Part shown: positions 21,082 to 31,338 of the stretch, piece by piece
Numbering within the stretch: position 1 is the first letter of the stretch
Layout: every line of letters starts with the position of its first letter
From: a virus
IMG/VR virus record: IMGVR_UViG_3300031998_000219
Location: 1-44,158 of that record
Direction: 5' to 3' (one strand)
DNA: 44,158 nucleotides
The notes under the pieces: generated by a model
Seen by the model: the letters and a program-made list of their open reading frames with translations, nothing else
The model's database searches: none
Told to the model about the DNA's origin: nothing
Made by a program: the position numbers and the translations under genes

Positions 21082-23280
21082 TTAGTTGTTGAAATCATTA
21101 TTAAAATCATCATTGAAATTTCCGCCGGCCGTTGGTACAACGTACCCGCGTCCGATTTTCTTTGCCACCGTTGCCGTATCGAATTCGGCTTCAACGCTTG
21201 CAACGTCCCCGTTATCTTCCCATTCGGGCGTGATTAAGAAAGTGTCAAGGTTGTAAGTCTGGCCTCTGTATATTACTTTGACATAATCGGCCATCCTAAT
21301 AAATCTCATTACGTCCAGAAGGTACTCGCTTGCAAAGAATTTGAAACGATAGTGTTTCCCGCTGATTTGTTTGTTCGGGAAGAAATAACCGTCCCGGTTC
21401 TCGCCCTCTTCCTCAAACGGATATTCGGGTTTTGCCAGTTCCGAATCCAAGTATAACACATTCTTAAAGTTCGGATTTTTATATACTATTACGCCCGCAT
21501 CCATTATGAAATCTTCCGTATCAAACCATTCAATCTTTAAGTATGGTTCAATATCATTTACGGCCGTAAATATTTCGGAATACCACGTTTGTTTTCCGTC
21601 ATTCAGCATTGCATAATATTGTCCGTTGGGGAATGCGGATATAAACGGGAAATTGCCTTGGTTAATGATTACGTCATAACCCAATGCGTCAAACGTTTTT
21701 ATTCTTAGTTGTTCCTCTAATTGCGAAGTGAAATCGCCTACTTCCTCGCCATTTGCCTTGAATATCTTGAACAGGGAAATAAGCTGATATGGTGCTACCT
21801 CGGAATACAAAGGTGTCATTGTGGGTTCTTCCGTTTGAACAGGTAACGCCAATTGCGTTCCGTATCGGTTGGCATCGAACAACATCGCGTATTCTTCATC
21901 GAGTACATAATGTTCGGGTGCGCTCAATACATAAATGGTGTTCGTTCCGTCCGTCCTTACTGACGAATCGTTTTCGTCACCCTCCCGGTATGCCCTTATT
22001 CCCAATCTCCTTATTGCGGTTGTATTATCCATTTCATCCCTATCATCGTCAATACCACACAATCCATTCGGGAATAACAATATGCTTTCGCCCTTGCCGT
22101 TCAACTTTCCTGTTGCGGTTGTTATAGGCAGTTCCATCGTGCTTTCGTGATAGGGTTCGTATTGGCCGTTGCGGGATGCGTCAGAAAAGTTAATACAAAT
22201 ATCGTGGTTGTAGGTTGTGCCGTAATTGTCAAAACAAACGAATTTTATGTATTCGCAATTACTTGGAGTATTGACATAATGAGTACCCGCTTGAATATAA
22301 TTGCTTCCTATATAATTTTTACTTGCATCATAAAAATAAATAGTCATTTTCTCGTATGACGTATAATATAATGTATTAGGCAATACCCTTATAAAATTTT
22401 TTGTACGAATATGCAAGTTATCTGGAATTGGTTGTCCTTGGCTAATTATTCCCAATTCCCATTCCTCATCCCATTGATTAAACCCGTTTGTCTTTATTCC
22501 TGTTGCACTATTGTTTAGGAACTTGTGTGCATTATACGGATAATAACCATTGGGGAATAAGGCTTCAAATTCTGTTATTGTTGGTTCGTTGCCCTCGCCG
22601 AACATTTGGGTTAGGTCAACAATGAAAACACTCGAATATTCCCATACATCGCCAACACTTACGGTTGAACCAATATTCGGGGTAATAATATAAAATCGCG
22701 TCCAATTTCTTGTGCAAGTTATTATTGTTGAATATCGTTGTGTTGTGCCCGAATACAAAGTAAATGCTTCTTCATTACCTACCGCACCATCCGAAAAAAC
22801 GTATCGTGCATTATTGTTATTGGTTGATGATGTCTTTAAATAACTTGAAATGTAATATTTATGTCCTTGTAACGTTGAAATATTTTGTCTTATTCCACAA
22901 GAACTTATACTACTGATAGTAAATGAAGCCTTATTGTTTGCTACTGAAATCGAACCTCCTTGAACATACCATCCCGTTGAACTATTCGAGAAATCGCCAT
23001 TTTGCACCAACTGATTCCAAACCCACGTTCTACCCAACAAACGGGTAACTTGCGCTTTATCCTTAACTAAACGCGAATCCGTCTTTTGGAAATAATAACC
23101 TTGCGAAAAGGATTGACCGCCACCAACTATACTATGATTACGCATAATCTGAAACGGCAACATATATGTTGCGGGGGTAAACAACGGATATATGCGGTTA
23201 TACACCCACCACTTGCGGGCGTTCTGTTGCTCAATGGACGTGTACCACGGCAACACGGATAAATTATTATTCGGTATCAT
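21082..23280 (-). CDS. Tail tip/baseplate protein with CBM-like jelly-roll segment, 732 aa
   Basis: Lies between the Dit-position gene and the fibre. WNQLVQNGDFSNSSTGWYVQGG resembles the start of CBM_4_9/galactose-binding-like domains. Confidence 0.55.
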   Translation of the reverse strand: MIPNNNLSVLPWYTSIEQQNARKWWVYNRIYPLFTPATYMLPFQIMRNHSIVGGGQSFSQGYYFQKTDSRLVKDKAQVTRLLGRTWVWNQLVQNGDFSNSSTGWYVQGGSISVANNKASFTISSISSCGIRQNISTLQGHKYYISSYLKTSSTNNNNARYVFSDGAVGNEEAFTLYSGTTQRYSTIITCTRNWTRFYIITPNIGSTVSVGDVWEYSSVFIVDLTQMFGEGNEPTITEFEALFPNGYYPYNAHKFLNNSATGIKTNGFNQWDEEWELGIISQGQPIPDNLHIRTKNFIRVLPNTLYYTSYEKMTIYFYDASKNYIGSNYIQAGTHYVNTPSNCEYIKFVCFDNYGTTYNHDICINFSDASRNGQYEPYHESTMELPITTATGKLNGKGESILLFPNGLCGIDDDRDEMDNTTAIRRLGIRAYREGDENDSSVRTDGTNTIYVLSAPEHYVLDEEYAMLFDANRYGTQLALPVQTEEPTMTPLYSEVAPYQLISLFKIFKANGEEVGDFTSQLEEQLRIKTFDALGYDVIINQGNFPFISAFPNGQYYAMLNDGKQTWYSEIFTAVNDIEPYLKIEWFDTEDFIMDAGVIVYKNPNFKNVLYLDSELAKPEYPFEEEGENRDGYFFPNKQISGKHYRFKFFASEYLLDVMRFIRMADYVKVIYRGQTYNLDTFLITPEWEDNGDVASVEAEFDTATVAKKIGRGYVVPTAGGNFNDDFNNDFNN

Positions 23281-25441
23281 ATTTCAACGTTGCTTTTGCG
23301 TTCCTTGACGACAAATTTATACTAATTTTCTGAATTGTTCCGTTACCTAATTGGGTTTTAATCAATTTGACCATATCCGGGTCATACAACGCCGGGAAAC
23401 TGACCGATTGATTTTTCAATTTCTTTATACCCAATGCGGTTTCCTGTACGCCATTTCTTGTGTAATCTTTTGCGGGCATATCCCATCGGTAATACAATTG
23501 CAAATATGCGAATGCGGCGTATGCGTTTTGCAAGATATAATCCACGCCGTCAATTGTAAACGTGTAATATGGCAATTTATATTCGCCGCTTGTCAGAACC
23601 GGGCATAATAACGCAAACCCATCTTGGGAAACATCGCCCGGGTTCAATAACATATAATCAACATCGGATGAAAATTGCGCGATTTCGATTGTTTCGATTT
23701 TGTCTTGGTTTACATATTTGGATATAATTTCCATTGATACGCCATTAAACAATTCGGTTTCGTTATCCATCCATCCAAATTGATACCACGCCGCCATATC
23801 CGGTTTGTCAAACTGATATTCATTTTGTGCAAACGCCCACGGCTTACCGTTGCGCGTCACAATCTGTTGTGTTAAGTCAGTACCAACAACGGGGTCGCCC
23901 GTGTATGTACCGCCACGGCGGAAATATTCGATATGTTCAATACGAAAACGGTACACGTCGTTTTGGTCTTTATCAATAAACCAATAACAACGGAAACAAT
24001 CGCGCAACATATCCAATACCCGTTTTAATGTGATTGGTGCTTTTTGTGCCGGTTGGTCATAACCCGACGTCACAATATTTGATTTTGGCGTTATGAAAAC
24101 ACGTTGGTTGGGAATATCCAAAGGTTGGCCCCCATACAGGAATTGGGAATAATCGGTTGTACCGTCGTGTGTGATTCCGGGTGCAATTTTTCCCAACAAT
24201 ACAGATATAACCGAATATATGGGGAATGCATCTTTTAATGTGAATTCAGTACGCCACGCCGGTTCCGTTTGCCAATCTGTTTCCGATACCGCAAACCAAA
24301 ACGAAATATTGGACCACGAATTACGCGCAATCGGATAACAACGTTTTGGTCCATTTTCTGCATCATACGGCATTACATAATATTGTCCGGGTTGATATAT
24401 TCCCCATTGTGTCGGTGTTGCGCTTAATTCGCTTGAAATTATTATTTGGTCTGATATATCAACGCCGCTTATGCGGGTATAATTCTTGTTGTCCGCAACA
24501 ATATCATCGGCGGGTATGGGATATGTATTTGTTAAGATATTGGAAATGCGGCGTGCATATACATTTACATTGCGGAATGACAATGTTAATGTTCCGGTTG
24601 CACCCGAACCCGATACAGGTTCCAATTCAATATCGTATGTTAAACCCTCGGGGCCTTGCGCGGTCACGGTCTTTGACCATAAAATTTGTTCATCAGACAA
24701 ACGAATTACATACCATTCCGTTTGGAATTCCAAATCCCCAAGTTCTGAACAATAAACTTGTACGCGATAACCGCCGTTATCAAACCAATACACATAATTC
24801 GGTGTCATATCCGGGGTTGGCCCTTGAAATACCGATGGCAATTCCGGGGATATGTTACCCGATGTTTCAATAACACGGTTTGATGTATTCTTTTGGAATT
24901 TATAGGTATTGACCAATGTTGATTCATTGGTAATAACGTCGCATTCCTGTTCCCACCACATATTGGAAAGAAAACAACCAATAACAGATTGTCCGGGAAC
25001 GTATATTTGAATCAACGGGCGTTTGTCAATCTTTACAGGTTGAATAACCGGGGCCAATTCAATCAAATTGAATTCCTTTTCCAATCCGGCCAATACTGCA
25101 TTGTACGGGTCATTTACGTTTGGGGTAACGATAACGGTTTTATCATCATCATTGAATTGGCAATCGGTTTTCCAAAACTGACCGGCCCAATATATATTCC
25201 ACGTTGCGCCCCTATCGTATGAAACAGATATGACGCAATCAAATTGTTCGTCGAATGCCTGTTGGGTAATGAACGTATAATCGTCCATTTGGAATGTCAG
25301 TTTACCGGATAATTTGGCCCGGTAAAATTCTTGGTTGGATTCCAAAGCATATTCCAATGCCAAACCATCAGAAACGACGGGATGGGCCAACCTTGTTGTC
25401 CCATTCGCCGTTAATTCGTATTTATATATCGGATTCATCAA
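23267..25441 (-). CDS. Tail structural protein in the distal-tail (Dit) position, 724 aa
   Basis: Its start overlaps the tape-measure stop. Size and position are typical of siphovirus distal tail or tail-tip proteins. Confidence 0.55.
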   Translation of the reverse strand: MMNPIYKYELTANGTTRLAHPVVSDGLALEYALESNQEFYRAKLSGKLTFQMDDYTFITQQAFDEQFDCVISVSYDRGATWNIYWAGQFWKTDCQFNDDDKTVIVTPNVNDPYNAVLAGLEKEFNLIELAPVIQPVKIDKRPLIQIYVPGQSVIGCFLSNMWWEQECDVITNESTLVNTYKFQKNTSNRVIETSGNISPELPSVFQGPTPDMTPNYVYWFDNGGYRVQVYCSELGDLEFQTEWYVIRLSDEQILWSKTVTAQGPEGLTYDIELEPVSGSGATGTLTLSFRNVNVYARRISNILTNTYPIPADDIVADNKNYTRISGVDISDQIIISSELSATPTQWGIYQPGQYYVMPYDAENGPKRCYPIARNSWSNISFWFAVSETDWQTEPAWRTEFTLKDAFPIYSVISVLLGKIAPGITHDGTTDYSQFLYGGQPLDIPNQRVFITPKSNIVTSGYDQPAQKAPITLKRVLDMLRDCFRCYWFIDKDQNDVYRFRIEHIEYFRRGGTYTGDPVVGTDLTQQIVTRNGKPWAFAQNEYQFDKPDMAAWYQFGWMDNETELFNGVSMEIISKYVNQDKIETIEIAQFSSDVDYMLLNPGDVSQDGFALLCPVLTSGEYKLPYYTFTIDGVDYILQNAYAAFAYLQLYYRWDMPAKDYTRNGVQETALGIKKLKNQSVSFPALYDPDMVKLIKTQLGNGTIQKISINLSSRNAKATLKYDTE

Positions 25442-28400
25442 TTAATGATTTTGCGGGTTAAATTCTTGTACTTTACAATGGTGTTACCTTGACCGTCCAC
25501 GAATCGCACGGTGTCGGAATTCTTGCGCATTGCTGATACATCCTTTTCGATACGCGAAACATCAGTACCCGAACCGAACATATTTAATGCGTAACCATCC
25601 ATACTTTCGTTGGCGCGTTGGTACTTATCGGCAAACGTGCCATCATTGAACGAATTGATTACATCCGGGATTATGTTGCGATACTTACGCGAATTGCGTT
25701 TGTTGACAACGGCAAAGAATTCCCCACCCTCGGCGCGGCGGCGTCTGTGTCTTTTCCTATCGAATCCCAAATCAATGTCGTTGCCGCTTGCGTGGCTTCC
25801 GCCCTCTAACAATTCCACGGTTCCCTCGCCGTATTGTTGTTCCGTAACCTCTTTGGCTTTAACCTTGGCGGACAGGAACGCACCGAACATTGTTGCGGTT
25901 GCTAACGCGGCCAATACAATACCAATTGCACCCATTCCGGAAAAAGCGGACCAAATGTTGGCGGTTGCCGTAACCAATGAACTTGCCTGTGTCAATGAAT
26001 CTATACGCGCTTGCGCCTTTTGTGCCTTTTCTTTTTCCTTTTGTACCTTTTCTTGGTTTTTCTTTGCCAATTCAAGTTCTTTTTGCGCCGTTGCAACCTC
26101 GTTGGCGTAACCGGCGTTGCGTGCTTCAATTTCGGCGTCTAACGCCTTTTGTGCGGCGTCAACTTGCGCGTTGGCGGCTTCCAATGCGGCGTCGGCGGCT
26201 TGGTTCCAACTCTCAATGATGGAATCAATGGAATCTTTCACGGACGAAATGGCCGTGTTCAATGCGTTTTGTTGTTCGCTATCCAAACCGATACCCAACA
26301 ATTCATACAAATTATTGTACGGCAAACGCTTGGTTTCTTTTTCGATTCCGGCGATAGTCGCTTTGATGGCGGCAATTTCCGTATCGGTCATTTTCTCGGA
26401 TGCGGTTTTATCCAATTCCAAAATGGCTTCCAATCGCGCCTTTTCCTGTTGTAAACGGAATATGGTTTTTTGGCGTTCGTTACGGTCCAACAAATCAAAT
26501 TCCGCATTTTGCAAATCCTGTAATGCGTCCAAATCACGTTTTGCCAACTTTGTGTTGAAATCCGCCGATTCTTTCAAACGTAACGCATCATATTTGGCGT
26601 TTATGGCCTTTTCATCCTGTCGGACGTTTTCGGCCTTTTGGCGGTTCTGTTCAAGTTCAATTTGTCTTTGCTTTTCGATATTCTCCAAACGCAAATTCAA
26701 CATTTCTTCCGTACCGTCTTTGGTTATGGCGATTTCAAGTTGTATGGCCTGTTGTTCGGCTTGCAGACGTTGGACGGTCAATTGGGAAACCTCTTTGTTG
26801 AATTGGGTTTCCGTATCAATGCGCATTTTGTCATATTTCGCATTTATCTTTTCTTCATCCTGTCTTTCGGATGCAACCTTTTGGCGGTTCTGTTCCAATT
26901 CCAATTGGCGTTCGGCTTCGACCTTATCCAATCGCAATTCCAACATCTTTTCCGTTCCGGCGGTCGTGGCGGCAATTTCCGTATTGATTGCATCAACCAC
27001 GGCCCGGCGGTCGGCAATCCTTTGTTTCTTGGCGGCTTCTATGGCCTTTTTTTCTTCCTTGGTTAGTTCGATTTGCTTTTGGGCCGTCTGTTCCGCCGCG
27101 ATTCCGGCTTGCCTTGCGGCTTCCTGTTCATCGTTGGCGATTTGTTGTTTTATGATTTCGTAACCGGCCAAATAACCTTTATAGCGGTTCAACGCTTCCG
27201 CGTATGCCTTTTTTCCCTTGCGGCTTTGGTCTTGGGCCAATTCGTCAAGTTCCTTGCGTAACGGGGTCAACCATTGCGTCATATATTCTTTGGTCAAATC
27301 CGCGCCCGCATCCTTGTAATAGTTTTGGAATTTGTTTACAAAATATTCTTGGGATGAACTTTGTGCGGATTCCGTGGCAAACAATACACGTTGCAAACCA
27401 CTTACCAATTCGGTTAAATTGTCAATGGTTTGTTTGATTGCACCGTTTGATTTTTGGAATGATAATGTAAGGCCCTCCCACGCTGATTTCAAAAGTTTGG
27501 TTGAACCCTCAACGGTATTTAATCGTTCTTCCTGTATGCGTTTCAGTTCCCCGGATACATCTTCAAGCGACGCACGCAGTTCGCGGGCCGATTCCGCACC
27601 GGAAAGCAACGCCGAAAATGCCGCAACGCTTCGTTTGTCGGTCAATTCCAATGCATCGTTCAAGTCCGTTCCGGATTCGCGCAACTTTATCAAACCATCA
27701 ATGATTTCGTCAAAGTTCTTGGCCGGGCCGCCCATCGCCTTTGCCAACTTGCCGTTGGCGTCTGCAAGATTCAATATAATATTGCGGGTTGCGGTTGCCG
27801 CGCTTGATGCGTCAAACCCGGCGTTTGCCAATGCACCCAATAACGCGGTTGTATCCTTGACAGATAAACCAAATGCGTTTGCAACCGGGAATACCGTTCC
27901 GATGGATTGCGAAATACGGTCGAATGACAATGCCGATTTGTTGGTTGCCACGGCCAATGTTGCCAAAACATCTTCCGTGTCCGCGCTTGTTAGGTTGAAC
28001 GCACGCAATGTTGAACCGGCGACGCTTGCGGCGTCTGCAAGATTTGCACCCACGGCCGTTGCGAATTGCAAAATTGATTCTTGCATTGCGATTATTGAGC
28101 CTTGACCGAATCCCAATTTTGCAAGTTCGGTTTGTAATTGTGTAACTTGGCTTGCCGTGTATTCGGTTGTCTTACCCAATTGTAAAGCGGAATCCGTTAA
28201 TGCTTTCATTTCATCCCGGGTAACGCCCAATATGGTTGCCAAATTCGCGTTGGCCTGTTCGAATTCACGCATCAGTTTTGCGGAACCTGTCAAATGGCGG
28301 ACAAACAACATAACCATTCCGATTGTACCCGAAAGAATGGTTGTAAATCCTTGCAATGCCTTTTGGCCCAATGGTAACGATGAATGCGCAATCGAACTAA

Positions 28401-29013
28401 TTTGCACACCCATATTCGAAAATCCCTGTACAACTTGGTTTATCGGTCCGGGTAATCCACGCAATGCGTTTTCGTAATGGCCAACTTCCAATGTATATTT
28501 GCCGGTTGCCTTTTGCAAACGCGACATTTCTTCGTATATACGGCGTGTTTCATCTTCAAGTTCTTTACCCACCCCGACGGTTCGGCGTTCCTCGGCCGTC
28601 ATTTCGTTTAATCGAATTTTATTCAAACGATATTGGGCCGACAAACGATTGTATGAACTTTCTTTTGAATTATTGATTTGCACCAACAATTTATCAATTT
28701 GTTGTTTCTCTTTATCGGCTTGTTTTACCTGTTGTTGCAACCTGTATTGTTCACGTTCGGCGTTGGTAACGTCGGTATATTGCTTTACCAACTTTTCCGA
28801 TTCGGCCGACAAAGACGCAATCGATTCGCGTTGCTCATTGGTCGCCCCGGATAATTTACCCAAATCGGTTGTCATTGCGGCCGCCGATGTTTGGATTTTC
28901 TGTTTTAACGTGTCATACTTCGCAATAACTTCATCCAATTGCGTCAATAATGTTGTTATTGAACTATCGGGCGAAATTAAGTCTGAATATTTTATGGGGT
29001 TCGGGTTATCCAT
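25438..29013 (-). CDS. Tail tape measure protein, 1191 aa
   Basis: The largest gene. It has long E/K/Q/A coiled coils, a TP901-type core-like segment (LQLGKTTEYTASQVTQLQTELAKLGF) and a hydrophobic Gly/Ala segment near the C-terminus (GMGAIGIVLAALATATMFGAFL). Confidence 0.9.
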   Translation of the reverse strand: MDNPNPIKYSDLISPDSSITTLLTQLDEVIAKYDTLKQKIQTSAAAMTTDLGKLSGATNEQRESIASLSAESEKLVKQYTDVTNAEREQYRLQQQVKQADKEKQQIDKLLVQINNSKESSYNRLSAQYRLNKIRLNEMTAEERRTVGVGKELEDETRRIYEEMSRLQKATGKYTLEVGHYENALRGLPGPINQVVQGFSNMGVQISSIAHSSLPLGQKALQGFTTILSGTIGMVMLFVRHLTGSAKLMREFEQANANLATILGVTRDEMKALTDSALQLGKTTEYTASQVTQLQTELAKLGFGQGSIIAMQESILQFATAVGANLADAASVAGSTLRAFNLTSADTEDVLATLAVATNKSALSFDRISQSIGTVFPVANAFGLSVKDTTALLGALANAGFDASSAATATRNIILNLADANGKLAKAMGGPAKNFDEIIDGLIKLRESGTDLNDALELTDKRSVAAFSALLSGAESARELRASLEDVSGELKRIQEERLNTVEGSTKLLKSAWEGLTLSFQKSNGAIKQTIDNLTELVSGLQRVLFATESAQSSSQEYFVNKFQNYYKDAGADLTKEYMTQWLTPLRKELDELAQDQSRKGKKAYAEALNRYKGYLAGYEIIKQQIANDEQEAARQAGIAAEQTAQKQIELTKEEKKAIEAAKKQRIADRRAVVDAINTEIAATTAGTEKMLELRLDKVEAERQLELEQNRQKVASERQDEEKINAKYDKMRIDTETQFNKEVSQLTVQRLQAEQQAIQLEIAITKDGTEEMLNLRLENIEKQRQIELEQNRQKAENVRQDEKAINAKYDALRLKESADFNTKLAKRDLDALQDLQNAEFDLLDRNERQKTIFRLQQEKARLEAILELDKTASEKMTDTEIAAIKATIAGIEKETKRLPYNNLYELLGIGLDSEQQNALNTAISSVKDSIDSIIESWNQAADAALEAANAQVDAAQKALDAEIEARNAGYANEVATAQKELELAKKNQEKVQKEKEKAQKAQARIDSLTQASSLVTATANIWSAFSGMGAIGIVLAALATATMFGAFLSAKVKAKEVTEQQYGEGTVELLEGGSHASGNDIDLGFDRKRHRRRRAEGGEFFAVVNKRNSRKYRNIIPDVINSFNDGTFADKYQRANESMDGYALNMFGSGTDVSRIEKDVSAMRKNSDTVRFVDGQGNTIVKYKNLTRKIIN

Positions 29014-29086
29014 AATGTTATTTTCTTGAAATTTGCCGTGTAATCAATTATCTTTTGCCGGATGGTACTTTGTACGTCCCCGGTCG

Positions 29087-29872
29087 TTATCTTCGAATTT
29101 GGGCCGCCTTTTGCGCCCGTTCCGCCTGTTTGTTACGTTCTTTCACGAAATCGAATGCGTTGTAAAACTCCAAAACGGAATAATCCTTGGGTTTAACGTG
29201 CAATTGTTCGGACAGAACCAAACACAAATTTTCAAACTGACGGTCGAATTGTATTTCCACGCTTTCGGGACCTGTGAATAACTTGGGGTTGGAATAAGTT
29301 ATCAACAATGTTGTCAACTTTTCAACCGCTTGCGTCGCAACGGGTTCCGCAACACCATCCGTAATTCCTTTGAGAATTTCCAACGTCCGCTTTTTCAACA
29401 GGTCGTAATATTCTTTAACCTCGGAATCATTGAAAATGGCCGGGAAATACAACATTAATTCCCCGTCAATTTTTTTTTTGGCCGCATCCAATTGGGCGGC
29501 CAACTCTTTTACGGGTACATCTGACAACATTTGCGTTACTTTCGCCAATGCATCATCCGACATATCGTTGCATTTCTTGCCGTCTATCTTGGCAACCAAC
29601 GCGGCGAACGCCCGGTGTTGGGTGTTCATACCTGTTTGTATCATATAAACGCATTGGCGCACGTTTTCCAATTCCTGTTGGGCCTTGTCGTTTTGCCCCA
29701 ACATCAGAAAACGGCGCGTCTTTTCAATCCTTTGGTCGAATGCCGCAATATCTGAACCCACGCCCGCATCAATAAGTAACAACTTTTGATACTTGTGGAA
29801 CCGCACAATGGGCAATTCATCAATCGCATCAAAGTATTCAACCGTGTGTTTGCCAATCTTTGTTGTTGTCAT
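29087..29872 (-). CDS. Hypothetical protein in the tail-assembly-chaperone position, 261 aa
   Basis: Immediately upstream of the tape measure. Contains an A10 run on the coding strand at 29470-29479. Confidence 0.5.
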   Translation of the reverse strand: MTTTKIGKHTVEYFDAIDELPIVRFHKYQKLLLIDAGVGSDIAAFDQRIEKTRRFLMLGQNDKAQQELENVRQCVYMIQTGMNTQHRAFAALVAKIDGKKCNDMSDDALAKVTQMLSDVPVKELAAQLDAAKKKIDGELMLYFPAIFNDSEVKEYYDLLKKRTLEILKGITDGVAEPVATQAVEKLTTLLITYSNPKLFTGPESVEIQFDRQFENLCLVLSEQLHVKPKDYSVLEFYNAFDFVKERNKQAERAQKAAQIRR

Positions 29873-29873
29873 A

Positions 29874-30119
29874 TTACCAAAGTTCCCGTGTTATAATCGT
29901 TGTACACATCGGCGCGGCCAATAATATCCAATGGCCGGTTGCCATGCACAAAAATAAAGAAATAATCATTGCCGTATGGAATGAACAACAGAATTTGCAT
30001 GATAATAGTTCGTGCAAAAAATCATTCGGGGCGTGAACCTGTAAATACTCCAACCATCCCCATTTTACCGCCAATGATAACAGGAACGCGGCCACCAATG
30101 CGATAACCGCGCAATACAT
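29874..30119 (-). CDS. Three-TM membrane protein (DUF1360-like CxxCC motif), 81 aa
   Basis: MYCAVIALVAAFLLSLAV..., LLSCKFCCSFHTAMIISLFLCMA. The ATG overlaps the upstream stop (TAATG). Confidence 0.45.
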   Translation of the reverse strand: MYCAVIALVAAFLLSLAVKWGWLEYLQVHAPNDFLHELLSCKFCCSFHTAMIISLFLCMATGHWILLAAPMCTTIITRELW

Positions 30120-30733
30120 TACAAATTGTCCGATTGGTAACATAATTCGTCAAATTCCAAAAGTCCCTCAAAACGTAATCCGGCAAAAGGATGCATCAAA
30201 AATTGGTTGTCAATTTCCGATAACGTGTAACCCTTGTAAATGTTTTCGGCCCGTTCGTATATCTTGTTAATAACTATCCGGCCGTGTGACAAATGCCAAT
30301 CGGCCCGGCCGTTCAAGATATGCAAAATATCCGATTTAATCTTTTCGGTGTTTCTGTTAGTCCGGGAACCATAAACACGGGTCAAGTCAAACCATACAAT
30401 CAAACTGAACGGTGCTTTGATTTGACGCGCCCACGGTCCCGGGTCTATCGTTTGCGGGTCGTCAACCTCGAAATATGAAAAATTGCCAATCTTCGCGTCC
30501 GGGGATACTTCGATATAATCGTTGGGGCCGTGGCCGTTCCATCCGCCGCAATAGACGTTTGGGGTAACGATGCGTTTGCCCTCAATGTTTTTTGTCAGAC
30601 GTTGGGCGCGACCGAATGCCGCATCCAACCACGAAAGATTGTTGACCAATCCTTGTTGTATTTCGCCGATTACCGCATCCAACATTACGGCGTTGGGGAT
30701 AACCGGCGCATTTATGGGTTTGTTAGTTGACAT
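30119..30733 (-). CDS. Virion morphogenesis protein (head-tail or tail-tube region), 204 aa
   Basis: Intact ORF, translationally coupled on both sides, lying between the capsid and tape-measure genes. Confidence 0.5.
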   Translation of the reverse strand: MSTNKPINAPVIPNAVMLDAVIGEIQQGLVNNLSWLDAAFGRAQRLTKNIEGKRIVTPNVYCGGWNGHGPNDYIEVSPDAKIGNFSYFEVDDPQTIDPGPWARQIKAPFSLIVWFDLTRVYGSRTNRNTEKIKSDILHILNGRADWHLSHGRIVINKIYERAENIYKGYTLSEIDNQFLMHPFAGLRFEGLLEFDELCYQSDNL

Positions 30734-31235
30734 ATAATTGCGATTTTAGTTTATCCATCAATTCATCGTATCCGCCCCGGTTGAAAAATATTTCGTTCCA
30801 ATTGTCCCACATCAAACCGAACGTATCCAATCCGTATTTATCAACGATTTGTTGCGCGTACCCGGTTGCACCGATAATGGCCACCGTTTGGGAATCGAAA
30901 CGCACGCCCAATTCGTCGTGAAACCGGCCGTTGATATACAGGTTGGGCGCGTCCGGGTTGCGCTTGGCTTCATACGGGTAATTCAATGTTTGTTTCCACG
31001 CGGCGTACATCTTGGCGGTATCCACCGAATAGAAATAACCGTTGGGTTTCAAATCTTCCGTGTAATACGGGCGGATGTCTTGGCCGTCTGAACGCTTACC
31101 GGCAAACAATTGTTCCTTTTGTAGTTCCAAAATATCGTCCGGGTGTTGTATCACGACATCGCGGATGATTGCGCCGGATTCCAAACCGTCGTTCACATCC
31201 TGTACGCGTTTACGCAAGTCATTCAATATTCCCAT
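30723..31235 (-). CDS. Virion morphogenesis protein, 170 aa
   Basis: Intact ORF lying between the capsid and tape-measure genes. Confidence 0.5.
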   Translation of the reverse strand: MGILNDLRKRVQDVNDGLESGAIIRDVVIQHPDDILELQKEQLFAGKRSDGQDIRPYYTEDLKPNGYFYSVDTAKMYAAWKQTLNYPYEAKRNPDAPNLYINGRFHDELGVRFDSQTVAIIGATGYAQQIVDKYGLDTFGLMWDNWNEIFFNRGGYDELMDKLKSQLYVN

Positions 31236-31338
31236 CGTTTCGGCCTATTCTTTTGCCCTGTACGGCCTTTTCTCTTTCGGTGCGGTAACTTGTACCGCCC
31301 AAAGGGAGAAAAGCCAATACACGGGAAATTCGACAAAA

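Noticed and set aside
26117-27163. 348-aa plus-strand ORF, with several other long plus-strand ORFs between 25.6 and 29 kb
   Set aside because: It is antisense to the tape measure gene. The translation is low-complexity Ser/Ala/Cys/Phe, as expected from the reverse complement of a Glu/Lys/Ala/Gln coiled-coil gene, and it has no promoter or start context.
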